From: Spirochaetia bacterium
Lineage (GTDB): Bacteria; Spirochaetota; Spirochaetia; CADAEX01
DNA length: 64,000 nt
Direction: 5' to 3'
Assembly (NCBI GenBank): GCA_031548835.1
Contig: JAVBQS010000019.1
Location: 2,445 to 66,444, forward strand
The first letter of the stretch is position 1, and every line of letters begins with the position of its first letter. The translations under genes and the position numbers were made by a program. The notes beneath the pieces are model-generated. The model had not been told where the DNA came from. It searched no databases and saw only the letters and a program-made list of their open reading frames with translations. Positions 9,358 through 18,722 of the stretch are shown here, piece by piece.

Positions 9358-11172
9358 ATGATAGTAAAAATGAATAAAGTTTTTCTTGTAATTCTTGACT
9401 CAACCAGGGAAAAGTCGCTTGAAAAACTACGGAAATTAGGTGTTGTTCATATTGAAAAAGAAAATAAATCAAATGAAACACTTAACTCATTAATTGAAAA
9501 AAGAGTTCTTTTTGAAAAAACTATTTTTGCTCTTCCCAAACATCATAATGAGCATAAGGAATCTGCTCCTCTGCATGTTGATTTTTCAGAAGCTGAAAAA
9601 GTTGCAGAAGAGGTAAATGGAATTCTTGAAAAAATACACAGCCGCGAAGATGGAAAAGAAAGGGATAAAAAAGATATCCAGACTCTTACGCCATGGGGTG
9701 AATTTGATCCTTCAACTATAGCTCTTCTTGAAAAAGATGGAATCTCTTTAAGATTTTATACTCTTACAAAAGAACAGTTTGCAAATCTGCCGCAGGATCT
9801 GAAATATATAACAATAAATAAAATAAAAGATATAACTTATATTGTTTCTATCTTTTTGAAAGGAGAATCTCCTGTTGAAATTGCAGGAGAAAAACTTGTT
9901 CTTCCTGCTGCAGGCATAAAACAGCTTTCTGAAAATATGAACAAGAAAGATGAAGAAATTGCAGAATTGCACAAAGAGCTTGAAAACCTGGCAGATAAAA
10001 AAGAAATTCTTGAAGAAGGCCTTAAAGAACTTAAAACAACTCTTGAGTTTGAAACTGTTAGCGCAGAAATGAATATGGAACAACAATTTTCCTATATTTC
10101 AGGTTATGTTCCTGTTAATCTTTTAGAAGATGTTAAAAAAGAAGCAGCAGCAAATAATTGGGCTCTTCTTATCCGCGAGCCTGATAAGGAAGAGAATCCT
10201 CCTACTCTTATCAAAAATAATAAATTTGTAGAATTTATAAAACCGCTTTTTAGCTTTCTTGATGTAACTCCCGGTTATAAAGAATTTGACATAAGTTTCT
10301 TTTTCCTTATTTTCTTTATACCATTTGTGGCAATGATTGTAGGAGATGCAGGATATGGATTATTTGTTTTAATTTTTACAATAATCCTGCGTATTAAGGT
10401 CAAGAATTTTCCAGGAAAACTGTTTGGCCTTTTATGTGTATTAGGCTGCGGAATTCTAGCCTGGGGAACGGTAACTGGAAACTGGTTTGGCTCATCAGCA
10501 ATCGCACAACTGCCATTTGTTAAAGCGCTTACAATTCCTCAAATTGCAAGCTTTGGGGCTTATGATACTTCAGATAATATTAAGCAAATTGCATTTACAA
10601 TTGGTATGATACAGCTTACTCTTGGTATTATTATAAGCTTTATAAGAAAAATGCCGTCGCTTGCAGCATTTGCAGATATTGGCTGGCTTTTTGTTCTATA
10701 TGGAATGTATTTCTTTGCGCAATACTTTGTAATGGGAGCAGCGTTAAATCCTCTTGCAATAATATTGGTTCTTGTAGGCTTTGTAATTTTAATTCTCTTT
10801 TCCTATCAGGGGGGAAAAAATATTTTTAAGGGAGCTTTGCTTGGAATAGCATGGTCGCCGCTTACAGCTCTTAACTGTGTAAGTTTGTTTGCTGACCTTG
10901 TTTCATATATAAGGCTTTTTGCTGTTGGCCTTGCAGGTGTGGCAGTTGCTTCAAGTTTTAACAATATGGCTGCAGAAATTGCCAATAACGGAATTGTTGG
11001 CATAATATGCGCAGCTCTTATTATTATTGTTGCACAATCATTTAATATAGTGCTTTGTGCTCTTTCTGTAATTGTTCATGGCGTAAGGCTTAACATGCTT
11101 GAATTTGGAAATAAAATCGGAATGGAATGGAATGGTCATAGCTATGATCCATTCAGAAAAAAAAGTTTCTAA
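9358..11172 (+). CDS. atpI: V-type ATP synthase subunit I (membrane a-subunit)
   Basis: 604 aa with a hydrophilic N-terminal half and a C-terminal polytopic membrane domain. The start overlaps the atpD stop. Confidence 0.9.
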   Translation: MIVKMNKVFLVILDSTREKSLEKLRKLGVVHIEKENKSNETLNSLIEKRVLFEKTIFALPKHHNEHKESAPLHVDFSEAEKVAEEVNGILEKIHSREDGKERDKKDIQTLTPWGEFDPSTIALLEKDGISLRFYTLTKEQFANLPQDLKYITINKIKDITYIVSIFLKGESPVEIAGEKLVLPAAGIKQLSENMNKKDEEIAELHKELENLADKKEILEEGLKELKTTLEFETVSAEMNMEQQFSYISGYVPVNLLEDVKKEAAANNWALLIREPDKEENPPTLIKNNKFVEFIKPLFSFLDVTPGYKEFDISFFFLIFFIPFVAMIVGDAGYGLFVLIFTIILRIKVKNFPGKLFGLLCVLGCGILAWGTVTGNWFGSSAIAQLPFVKALTIPQIASFGAYDTSDNIKQIAFTIGMIQLTLGIIISFIRKMPSLAAFADIGWLFVLYGMYFFAQYFVMGAALNPLAIILVLVGFVILILFSYQGGKNIFKGALLGIAWSPLTALNCVSLFADLVSYIRLFAVGLAGVAVASSFNNMAAEIANNGIVGIICAALIIIVAQSFNIVLCALSVIVHGVRLNMLEFGNKIGMEWNGHSYDPFRKKSF

Positions 11173-11247
11173 TTACTGTCTTGGGAAGAGTTTTTTCCTT
11201 GATAGAATAATATAACTTAAAGTTATTTTTAAGGAAGGAGTTAATAT

Positions 11248-11679
11248 ATGGGTATCGCTCAAATGGGAATAGCAGCAGCATTTGCTCTTGCGGCAGCGGG
11301 ATCAGCAATTGGTATTGGATTGGCAGGTATGTCTACAATAGGGGCATGGAAAAAAGCTTATGCACAGAATAAACCAGCTTCTTTTCTTCTTATTGCTTTT
11401 GTTGGCGCTCCATTTACACAAACAATTTATGGAATGATTCTTATGAATCAGCTTAAAAGTGCAGTAGAATCAACAGATCCGGGAGTTATTCTTGGCGCTG
11501 GTATTTTCGGCGGACTTGGTATTGGTATGTCAGCATGGTTTCAGGGAGCAGCTGCAGCTTCAGGAGCTGATGCTCTTGCAAGCACAGGAAAGGGATTTAG
11601 TAACTATCTTATAGTTTTAGGACTTATAGAATCTGTAGCGCTTTTCGTTATGGTTTTCCTTATGGGAATTTTAGGCTAA
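11248..11679 (+). CDS. atpK: V-type ATP synthase proteolipid subunit K
   Basis: 143 aa, Gly/Ala-rich, four predicted TM helices ('GAGIFGGLGIGMSAW'). Confidence 0.9.
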   Translation: MGIAQMGIAAAFALAAAGSAIGIGLAGMSTIGAWKKAYAQNKPASFLLIAFVGAPFTQTIYGMILMNQLKSAVESTDPGVILGAGIFGGLGIGMSAWFQGAAAASGADALASTGKGFSNYLIVLGLIESVALFVMVFLMGILG

Positions 11680-11716
11680 AAGCTAGTTTGGCTTTCACTG
11701 CCTAAACATAATGAAG

Positions 11717-11735
11717 ATCAGGATTATATCCTGAT
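11717..11735. repeat. 19-bp perfect palindrome ATCAGGATtatATCCTGAT
   Basis: Read directly from the sequence. It shares the ATCCTG core with the repeats at 11843-11879 and 38439-38528. Confidence 0.7.
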
Positions 11736-11802
11736 TATAGGTAGTTTTGCCAGGGTTTTTATCCCAGATGAATCATGGCAGGGTATTACACAAAGAAAGG
11801 AA

Positions 11803-11840
11803 GGCAGGCATGGAGTTAAAAATTCATGCCTGTTTTTTTA
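11803..11840 (+). terminator. Rho-independent terminator of the V-ATPase operon
   Basis: 8-bp GC-rich stem caggcatg/catgcctg (11805-11812 / 11825-11832) with a 12-nt loop, followed by T8 at 11833-11840. Confidence 0.7.
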
Positions 11841-11842
11841 TT

Positions 11843-11879
11843 ATCCTGGCATGTATAGTAAGCCGTGTCAGGGTTATTT
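11843..11879. repeat. Short intergenic repeat ATCCTGG-N22-CAGGGTTATT (copy A)
   Basis: 'atcctggcatgtatagtaagccgtgtcagggttattt'. Related copies with the same ends occur at 38439-38471 and, inverted, at 38507-38528. A degenerate copy 'atcccag...cagggtatta' lies at 11761-11789. Confidence 0.6.
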
Positions 11880-12055
11880 ATACTTTATAGCTTAACTATT
11901 TTTATTTAAAAAATGCTAAAAATATATTCTGATATTTACAATATTATAAATAATTAAATATTTATTTAAAAATAGAAAAGATCCTATTCATAACTGTTCT
12001 TTTTTCTTTTATAATTGATATTATCTAAATTAAATAATTTATACAGGAGGTCAAA

Positions 12056-12955
12056 ATGAAACTTTCCAGCCTTCTGAAGCCGGACTATATTAAGATTAAT
12101 AAAGATGTTCGGACCAAGGGCGACGCAATAAAAGAGATTCTCAAAAATTTCAGAGAAACTTATGATTTTACAGTTGATAACGCTTATCTATTAAATGCGG
12201 TAGAAGAACGTGAAAAACTTGGAGGCACAACTTTTCCCACAGGTATTGCAATACCTCATGCACGTCTTGATAATTTTGATGATATTCTTATAGGCATTCT
12301 TATTCCTCAAAATCCTATAAAAGACGAAAATATTGATATCAAAATGGTAGTTCTTATCCTTACATCAAAAACTGTTTCAACTGTCTACCTTAATGCTCTT
12401 GCTGCGCTTATAAAAGTATCAAGAGATAAAGATGCATTTTCAAAAATAGCAGCTGCGGCAAACGGACAGGAGTTGGTAAACATAGTTGATAAACTGGATA
12501 TAACAGTAAAAAAAGAGATGACTGTTGCAGACATAATGTCTGAAGAAGTTTTTTCTGTGACTCCAAAAACTACAATAAAAGAGCTTGCTGATATTTTTTA
12601 TGTAAATAAAACAGTTTATGTGCCTGTTGCTGATGAAAAAGGCGAATTTATCGGCGAAGTAAATTTAATGATACTTATAGAGGAAGGAATTCCCGATTAT
12701 GCAACCCAGCTCGGTAATCTTAATTTTCTTAAAACTTTTGAACCTCTTGAAAGGCTTTTCAGAAAAGAAGATGAGATTACTGTTGGCCAGATAATGAAAA
12801 AACCTTCTATTGTTTTTACCAGGGAAACATCAATTGTAGAAGCTGCTCTTGAATTTACCAAAACACAAAGAAGACATATTCCTGTTGTTGAAGGCAAAAA
12901 AGTAATCGGTGTTCTTGCGCTGGTTGATTTCCTTAACAAGATATTAAGGAGCTAA
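12056..12955 (+). CDS. PTS EIIA(Fru/Ntr-type) domain fused to a tandem CBS pair (regulatory protein)
   Basis: N-terminal 'GIAIPHARLD' with the phosphorylatable His of PTS_EIIA_2. The C-terminal half has two CBS-like repeats ('VADIMSEEVFSVTP', 'VGQIMKKPSIVFTRE'). Confidence 0.75.
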   Translation: MKLSSLLKPDYIKINKDVRTKGDAIKEILKNFRETYDFTVDNAYLLNAVEEREKLGGTTFPTGIAIPHARLDNFDDILIGILIPQNPIKDENIDIKMVVLILTSKTVSTVYLNALAALIKVSRDKDAFSKIAAAANGQELVNIVDKLDITVKKEMTVADIMSEEVFSVTPKTTIKELADIFYVNKTVYVPVADEKGEFIGEVNLMILIEEGIPDYATQLGNLNFLKTFEPLERLFRKEDEITVGQIMKKPSIVFTRETSIVEAALEFTKTQRRHIPVVEGKKVIGVLALVDFLNKILRS

Positions 12956-12958
12956 ATT

Positions 12959-14233
12959 ATGACAACTATGATTATTGCATTGATAATATTTATTGTTCTT
13001 TATTTAATTATTTCATTTGAACTTATAAATAAGACTGTCGTAGCTCTTTTCGGCGCAGCTCTCTTTATGGTTATGAAAATTATTGGAGAGGAAGAAGCAT
13101 TTAGGGTAATTGACTGGAATGTAATATTTCTTCTTGTAAGCATGATGATAATTGTCGGAATAACCAAAAATACAGGACTTTTCCAGTATGTAGCAATTAA
13201 GGCAGCAAAGCTGGCAAAAGGGGAGCCAATAGTTATTCTAATACTGCTTGTAATTATAACAGCAGTATTTTCAGCTTTTCTTGATAATGTAACTACAGTA
13301 TTAATTATTATTCCTGTTACAATGCTTATAGCTGTAGAGCTTGGTATATCTCCTGTTCCTTTTGTAATAAGCATTGCAATTGCCTCAAATATTGGAGGCA
13401 CTGCAACACTTATAGGAGATCCTCCCAATATAATGATTGGAAGCGCTGCAAAACTTGATTTTATGCAATTTTTGGTTAATCTTGGGCCGCCTGTTCTTGT
13501 ATCTCTTGTTGCCTTTAATATAATTATCTATTTTATTTTTAGGAAAAAATTAAAAGTATCTACAGAAAGGCGGGCAAGAATTCTTGAATTTGATGAATCA
13601 AAAGCTATTACAGATAAAAAATTATTAATTAAATGCCTTATTGTATTAACACTGGTTATTGTAGGATTTCTGCTGCATGGAATTCTCCATCTTGAAGCTT
13701 CTATAATTGCAATGTTTGGCGCAACCACACTAATGCTTATTACAGGTGTTAAAGAGATTGAAGAAGTTTTAAAAGATATAGAATGGGGAACAATCTTTTT
13801 CTTTATAGGCCTTTTTATTTTGGTTGGAGGCCTTGTAGAAACAGGAGCAATAAAAATTGCTGCTCAATATATTATAGGATTAACACAGGGCAATATTGCA
13901 AATACATCAATACTTATAATATGGGTTTCAGGTATTTTTTCTGCATTTGTAGATAACATACCATATGTTGCCACAATGATTCCTCTTGTGCAGGACATGG
14001 GAAACAGCCTTGGGGCACAAGCAATAGTTCCTGTATGGTGGTCCCTTGCTCTTGGAGCCTGTCTTGGCGGCAACGGAACTCTTGTTGGAGCTTCCGCAAA
14101 TGTTGTTTCTGCAGGACTTGCAGGCAAGAGCGGTTATAAAATAACATTTATGCAATTCACAAAGTATGGCTTTGGGTTCATGATTCTTACCCTTGTCATA
14201 TCTACTATTTATGTAGCATTATTTTTGTTATAA
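12959..14233 (+). CDS. ArsB/NhaD-superfamily anion permease (divalent anion:Na+ symporter-like)
   Basis: 424 aa polytopic protein with the 'GGTATLIGDPPNIMIG' signature. Starts 4 nt after the EIIA-CBS gene. Confidence 0.8.
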   Translation: MTTMIIALIIFIVLYLIISFELINKTVVALFGAALFMVMKIIGEEEAFRVIDWNVIFLLVSMMIIVGITKNTGLFQYVAIKAAKLAKGEPIVILILLVIITAVFSAFLDNVTTVLIIIPVTMLIAVELGISPVPFVISIAIASNIGGTATLIGDPPNIMIGSAAKLDFMQFLVNLGPPVLVSLVAFNIIIYFIFRKKLKVSTERRARILEFDESKAITDKKLLIKCLIVLTLVIVGFLLHGILHLEASIIAMFGATTLMLITGVKEIEEVLKDIEWGTIFFFIGLFILVGGLVETGAIKIAAQYIIGLTQGNIANTSILIIWVSGIFSAFVDNIPYVATMIPLVQDMGNSLGAQAIVPVWWSLALGACLGGNGTLVGASANVVSAGLAGKSGYKITFMQFTKYGFGFMILTLVISTIYVALFLL

Positions 14234-14414
14234 AAAATTATGAAAAATATCATGCTGGTGTATAAAAAATAATACACTGGCATGAACAATATTCCAATCC
14301 ACTTTTATTAAAAATAATAAATCCTTATACCGCAAGTAATTATTTAATTAAAAAAACTTTTATAGATGGCACGGTAATTGCATGTTAGTTAGCAAATCTA
14401 TATTGAGGTGATTT

Positions 14415-15038
14415 TTGAATAATTTACTTAGTGTTATTACAACAAAAACTTTTCCCGCAAACATTTTGGAATTAAGAACAGAGTTGTTTAGAAAAAGCAT
14501 TCATATGCTTATTGCTTTAGTTCCAATGATAGCTGCAATTGATAAAGGAATTGCGCTTGCATTGCTTGGCGGCGGAGCAATAATATACACTTATTCAGAA
14601 ATGTTAAGAGCCAGAGGGCTTAGCCTTATATTTATTTCAGGCATTAAGAATTTTGCATTAAGAGAAAAAGATAAAAATAGTTTTGCAGGAGGGCCTGTAA
14701 CACTTGCTCTTGGCGCAATGATTGCTCTTCTTTTTTATCCATCTGATGTGGCAAAAATTGCAATCTATGCTCTTGCTTTTGGCGATGGTTTTGCAAGTCT
14801 TATAGGAAAAACTTTTGGTGTAACTAAAATACCTTTTACAGGGGGAAAAAGCTTTGAAGGAAGTTTTGCATGCTTTTTTGCAATATTGATTTCATCTTTT
14901 AAAATTACATCAAATATTGGAGTATCTTTTACAACAGCTCTTGTTGTTACAGTTGTGGAAGCTTTTCCGCTTGGCGACTATGATAACATTATTATTCCCA
15001 TAGTTGCAGGTTCCACTGCTTTAATAATGATTGGCTAG
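14415..15038 (+). CDS. CTP-dependent polyprenol (dolichol/phytol) kinase-like membrane protein (CdsA superfamily)
   Basis: Probable TTG start after SD 'gaggtga'. Multi-TM protein with 'AFGDGFASLIGKTFG' (GDGxAxxIGxxxG motif of the VTE5/Sec59 kinase family). Confidence 0.45.
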   Translation: MNNLLSVITTKTFPANILELRTELFRKSIHMLIALVPMIAAIDKGIALALLGGGAIIYTYSEMLRARGLSLIFISGIKNFALREKDKNSFAGGPVTLALGAMIALLFYPSDVAKIAIYALAFGDGFASLIGKTFGVTKIPFTGGKSFEGSFACFFAILISSFKITSNIGVSFTTALVVTVVEAFPLGDYDNIIIPIVAGSTALIMIG

Positions 15039-15139
15039 CCAAATCTCTTCCTAAGAATTTCCATAATTTCCTAAAAGTTTAAAAAGGTGATTAGCAGAAA
15101 TGTTAATCACCTCCTTTTTTAGCGTCTAAAAGACAACTG

Positions 15140-15931
15140 TTAATACCATTTGTAAATTTCATGAAGTTTGTTTGAGAACAAAATAGTTCCTGCAATCATA
15201 AATGCCATTCCAGCTATAAAATATTCAATTGATACAAGATAAAATGTTATTTCCCGTCCTATAACAATAAGCATTGTGCTTAATGCAAGGTAAAAATATT
15301 CATTATTTCTTTTTTGAAAATAATTTATAACAAAAATAAGAACAGTAAGAAATTCTATAAAAAGAAAAGTAAAAATAAAATAGTTAAAAAAACCAGGCAT
15401 ATAATAACCGCTGTCAAGTATATTATCTGAAAGAGGAACAGCAGAAGAAAACATAAAAGAGAGAACAGCTATAATTATTATTGGCGTATTAAGTTTACTA
15501 ATTCCAATATCAGAAGATGAAAGCGCTGATACAAAAAGTGAAAAAACGCCGCATATTTTGCCGAAATAAGCTGCTCTTGAAAGAAACATTATATAAACAA
15601 ATGAAGAATTAAGCTCTTTAAGCAGTAAAATAAGCGATCTTGAAGATTCAAAAAGCAGACTTATCAAATATAGCATAAAGAAAAAAACTTCTGTGCTGTT
15701 TGTTTTATAAAAAAACAATCTTACAAAAAATAAACTTACAGCAGAATATAAGAGCAGTGTAAAGCCGAAAATATAATTGGGAGAAGTGCAAAATTTTTTG
15801 TAAGCAGCTGTAAAGCTCTCTATTTCTCCAGCTTCATAAAGAATATAGGGTGCAAATGCCAGAAATAAAAGAATAACCAGCAATATTCCGATAACAACTA
15901 GTAAAGTGTTATTTCTCTGTGTTATAGTCAT
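15140..15931 (-). CDS. Hypothetical polytopic membrane protein
   Basis: 263 aa, about 7 hydrophobic segments, no recognisable motif. Confidence 0.55.
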   Translation of the reverse strand: MTITQRNNTLLVVIGILLVILLFLAFAPYILYEAGEIESFTAAYKKFCTSPNYIFGFTLLLYSAVSLFFVRLFFYKTNSTEVFFFMLYLISLLFESSRSLILLLKELNSSFVYIMFLSRAAYFGKICGVFSLFVSALSSSDIGISKLNTPIIIIAVLSFMFSSAVPLSDNILDSGYYMPGFFNYFIFTFLFIEFLTVLIFVINYFQKRNNEYFYLALSTMLIVIGREITFYLVSIEYFIAGMAFMIAGTILFSNKLHEIYKWY

Positions 15932-16009
15932 ATAATTTCAATAATAATATAAAAAACTTTCATGAAAGACAATGTTCTGTACGATAAAGAAGTTAAAGGA
16001 AGAAGAAAA

Positions 16010-16687
16010 ATGCGGAAAATATTAATATTAATTATATTTATTTTTGGAAGTCATTTCCTTTTTGCAGGCGATATTGCTAATTTTGTAAATATTGGATTTT
16101 CGGGAGATTCCCGCTATTTTATGTTTGCCCAGTATGGTATGACAGATTCTGCAGTATATTCAGATATATATACTGTTGATGTTCTCAATAATAGTTTTGT
16201 TCAAAATGGCGTAAACAGTAAAGAATATCCTGTAAAAGCTTATTCTATGGATGATGGCACAGGCGCATTTTATAAAGGTTTGCTTGCATCAAGCCAGATT
16301 ATCCAGAAATTCGGCATAGATACTCTTTTAAAAGGCCGCTCCCTCTATGTAAATATCAATGGCGATCCTATACATGTTCTTGAATTCCGCGATTTTAAGA
16401 CAGGAAAAACTTATAAAATAAATCTACAGGAAAAAAGTGAAATTAAATCATCTGTTTATGAATCATCATTTTCTTTAAATATTTTAGTTGAAAAGGAAGG
16501 ATTGCCTTCCAAGGTATATTCTGCAGGTTCTCCAACTGTAAAAAGAAAAGGTATAAAAGGTTATAATATTAAAACTATTTTTCTTTCTCCTGATGAAAAA
16601 AACATGGTGCTTGTAATTGAAAAAACAGAAGTAAATAAAGATTCTGTATCTATAAGATATATGGTTGAGACATTGCCTTTACAGTGA
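16010..16687 (+). CDS. Hypothetical secreted protein
   Basis: A signal peptide begins at the internal Met ('MRKILILIIFIFGSHFLFA'). The ORF is open from 15962. No recognisable domain. Confidence 0.55.
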   Translation: MRKILILIIFIFGSHFLFAGDIANFVNIGFSGDSRYFMFAQYGMTDSAVYSDIYTVDVLNNSFVQNGVNSKEYPVKAYSMDDGTGAFYKGLLASSQIIQKFGIDTLLKGRSLYVNINGDPIHVLEFRDFKTGKTYKINLQEKSEIKSSVYESSFSLNILVEKEGLPSKVYSAGSPTVKRKGIKGYNIKTIFLSPDEKNMVLVIEKTEVNKDSVSIRYMVETLPLQ

Positions 16688-16802
16688 TTTAAAAAGTATT
16701 TTTAGCTTTTCTTGAGAGGTTATGCCGGCAGTTTTAGCTGTAAAAGATATGTTATTAATTTATTCTCATAAAAATATTCAAGTATTATCAGTTGTCAGGC
16801 TG

Positions 16803-17993
16803 ATGGCAATAATCTGGATTATCTTTTTTTCTCTCTTTCAAACAGGCTGTTCAAATAAAAAAGATAATAAAAAAGAATCTGTTGAATTTAAAAATCCTGT
16901 CTCAATTTATCTATTATCTCCTCCTGCACGGGAAGAGTGGTTTACAGGTATTAAAGATTTTTCAGCAGCTACAGGCGCAAGTGAAATGGTTCCATGGCCG
17001 CAGGCTGTTAGAATTACAGATATAGCAGAAACAGAAAATGGCGCAATTGTTATTTTAGTAAATAAAAGAGGTGTTATTGCAGGCAAAGTATCTGCTGCAG
17101 ATAGCGGAATATCTCTGCAAAATAGTAAAGCATCTTCTATTAATAAAGACCAGCCGGCAAATGCCAAAAAAAAATCTAATAATAATGATAATAATCCATC
17201 ATATTCTCTTATATCGCAGATAACACATGAGAGCCTGGATGCATGTACCTCCGGCAAAATAGTTAAAGGGGGCGGCTCTATATTGTGCCATGTTTATATC
17301 GATAGTTTTTTTGATAATTCTCTCTCTTTGCCATCATCTCCTTTTGTTGAAATAGATATTGATAATAGCAAAAGCATATATAGCAGGCACAGTTATCCTG
17401 ATGCTTTAAGTAAATTATCTCTTATAAATCTTAAGAAAATAGATGATAAATGGTTTTCTGCATGGAAAAAAAGCGATAACAATGGAACATTTTTTAAATA
17501 TTTTATACATAATAGCGCTATTGGTGAAAATGCATCTGAAATAGCAGAATCAAGATTTATGCTTGCTAATCAATTTTTAAATAAGAGCAATTTGCCTGAT
17601 AATATAAAAGAATTTATTTTTAATATTACAAAAACTGAACAGGATAATAATTCTGTTATAGAGCTTGAATTAAGAAGTAAAAATATATCTGCTGTAAGCA
17701 CATATTTATTAGGAGCAGCAGAAAGCAATAGCAGCAAATATGAAAAAATATGCGCTGCATCTGAACAGGGAAAATATTTTATTTCCTATAAGGGAGAGAT
17801 TTATCTTATAGAAAATAGCGGAATATTCAAACTTTCGGGAGCTGGAAAATTGCCGGATAATTACAACTATACTGTGCTGTATGCAGCAGAAGATACACTC
17901 TATGCTGCATGGGAGCAGCAGAATTTTTTTCTTACAGGAGCTTCAGGTTTTAGCTTAATAGATATAAAAAGGGTTGATAAAATTCCGCAATAG
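16803..17993 (+). CDS. Hypothetical lipoprotein
   Basis: Start placed at the Met preceding the lipobox 'LFQTGCSNKK' (ORF open from 16722). Low-complexity Asn/Ser-rich regions. Confidence 0.55.
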   Translation: MAIIWIIFFSLFQTGCSNKKDNKKESVEFKNPVSIYLLSPPAREEWFTGIKDFSAATGASEMVPWPQAVRITDIAETENGAIVILVNKRGVIAGKVSAADSGISLQNSKASSINKDQPANAKKKSNNNDNNPSYSLISQITHESLDACTSGKIVKGGGSILCHVYIDSFFDNSLSLPSSPFVEIDIDNSKSIYSRHSYPDALSKLSLINLKKIDDKWFSAWKKSDNNGTFFKYFIHNSAIGENASEIAESRFMLANQFLNKSNLPDNIKEFIFNITKTEQDNNSVIELELRSKNISAVSTYLLGAAESNSSKYEKICAASEQGKYFISYKGEIYLIENSGIFKLSGAGKLPDNYNYTVLYAAEDTLYAAWEQQNFFLTGASGFSLIDIKRVDKIPQ

Positions 17994-18013
17994 TAATTTA
18001 ATAGAATACATAG

Positions 18014-18694
18014 ATGCTTAATAAGAGACTAGCTTTACTTCCAGTTTTATTTTTTCTTTCTCTGACACTTTATGGGCTTGAGTCATTCGGGATAACAGCT
18101 GGAGTAATGTATGTAAGAAATTCCAGCGATGAAGGAGCTCCTTCCCCAATATTGCCATACCTTGGCGCAACAGCAAGTTTTGCCTTGGGTGAAAAATCTT
18201 TTCTTGAGCCATCTCTTATTTTTAACTGGAATTATTATTTATGGTCCAGCGATGAAGAAATGGCATTGCCTGCTGAAATTGAATATGCGGATTCTGTTTT
18301 GTTATTAAATATTGTTCTTGATTGCCCTTTTGTCATGAAATATAAAATTAAGAATAATGTTTCTTGGGGATGGCTTGCTTCTCCTGCTTTTATTTTTAGA
18401 ATTCCTCTTAAATCATGGGGCGAGGGAGATTCTGATAAATCTGATATTTTATCCTATTTTTACGGCGGAAGATTTATTTTTCTTGAAGCAGGCGGCCTTG
18501 TCGAATGGGATTATTCTGCAAAAAATTCGCTAAAAGCCAAGATTGATGTATTGCTTCCAATATACAATATTTGGGATGGCGGCTCTTTCAGCAACCAGCT
18601 TTCTGTAAGGCTTGGCCTTACATTTTCCTTTATACCGAAAAGTGCGCAGAAGCAGCAACCTGCCGCAGAGATTGCTCCTTCTGCTGCTGAATAA
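18014..18694 (+). CDS. Hypothetical secreted/outer-membrane protein
   Basis: Signal peptide 'MLNKRLALLPVLFFLSLTLYGLES'. Alternating aromatic/hydrophobic pattern suggestive of beta strands. C-terminal Phe-containing tail. Confidence 0.55.
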   Translation: MLNKRLALLPVLFFLSLTLYGLESFGITAGVMYVRNSSDEGAPSPILPYLGATASFALGEKSFLEPSLIFNWNYYLWSSDEEMALPAEIEYADSVLLLNIVLDCPFVMKYKIKNNVSWGWLASPAFIFRIPLKSWGEGDSDKSDILSYFYGGRFIFLEAGGLVEWDYSAKNSLKAKIDVLLPIYNIWDGGSFSNQLSVRLGLTFSFIPKSAQKQQPAAEIAPSAAE

Positions 18695-18722
18695 CAATTT
18701 TCAATTATAAAGCTTATCTCTG

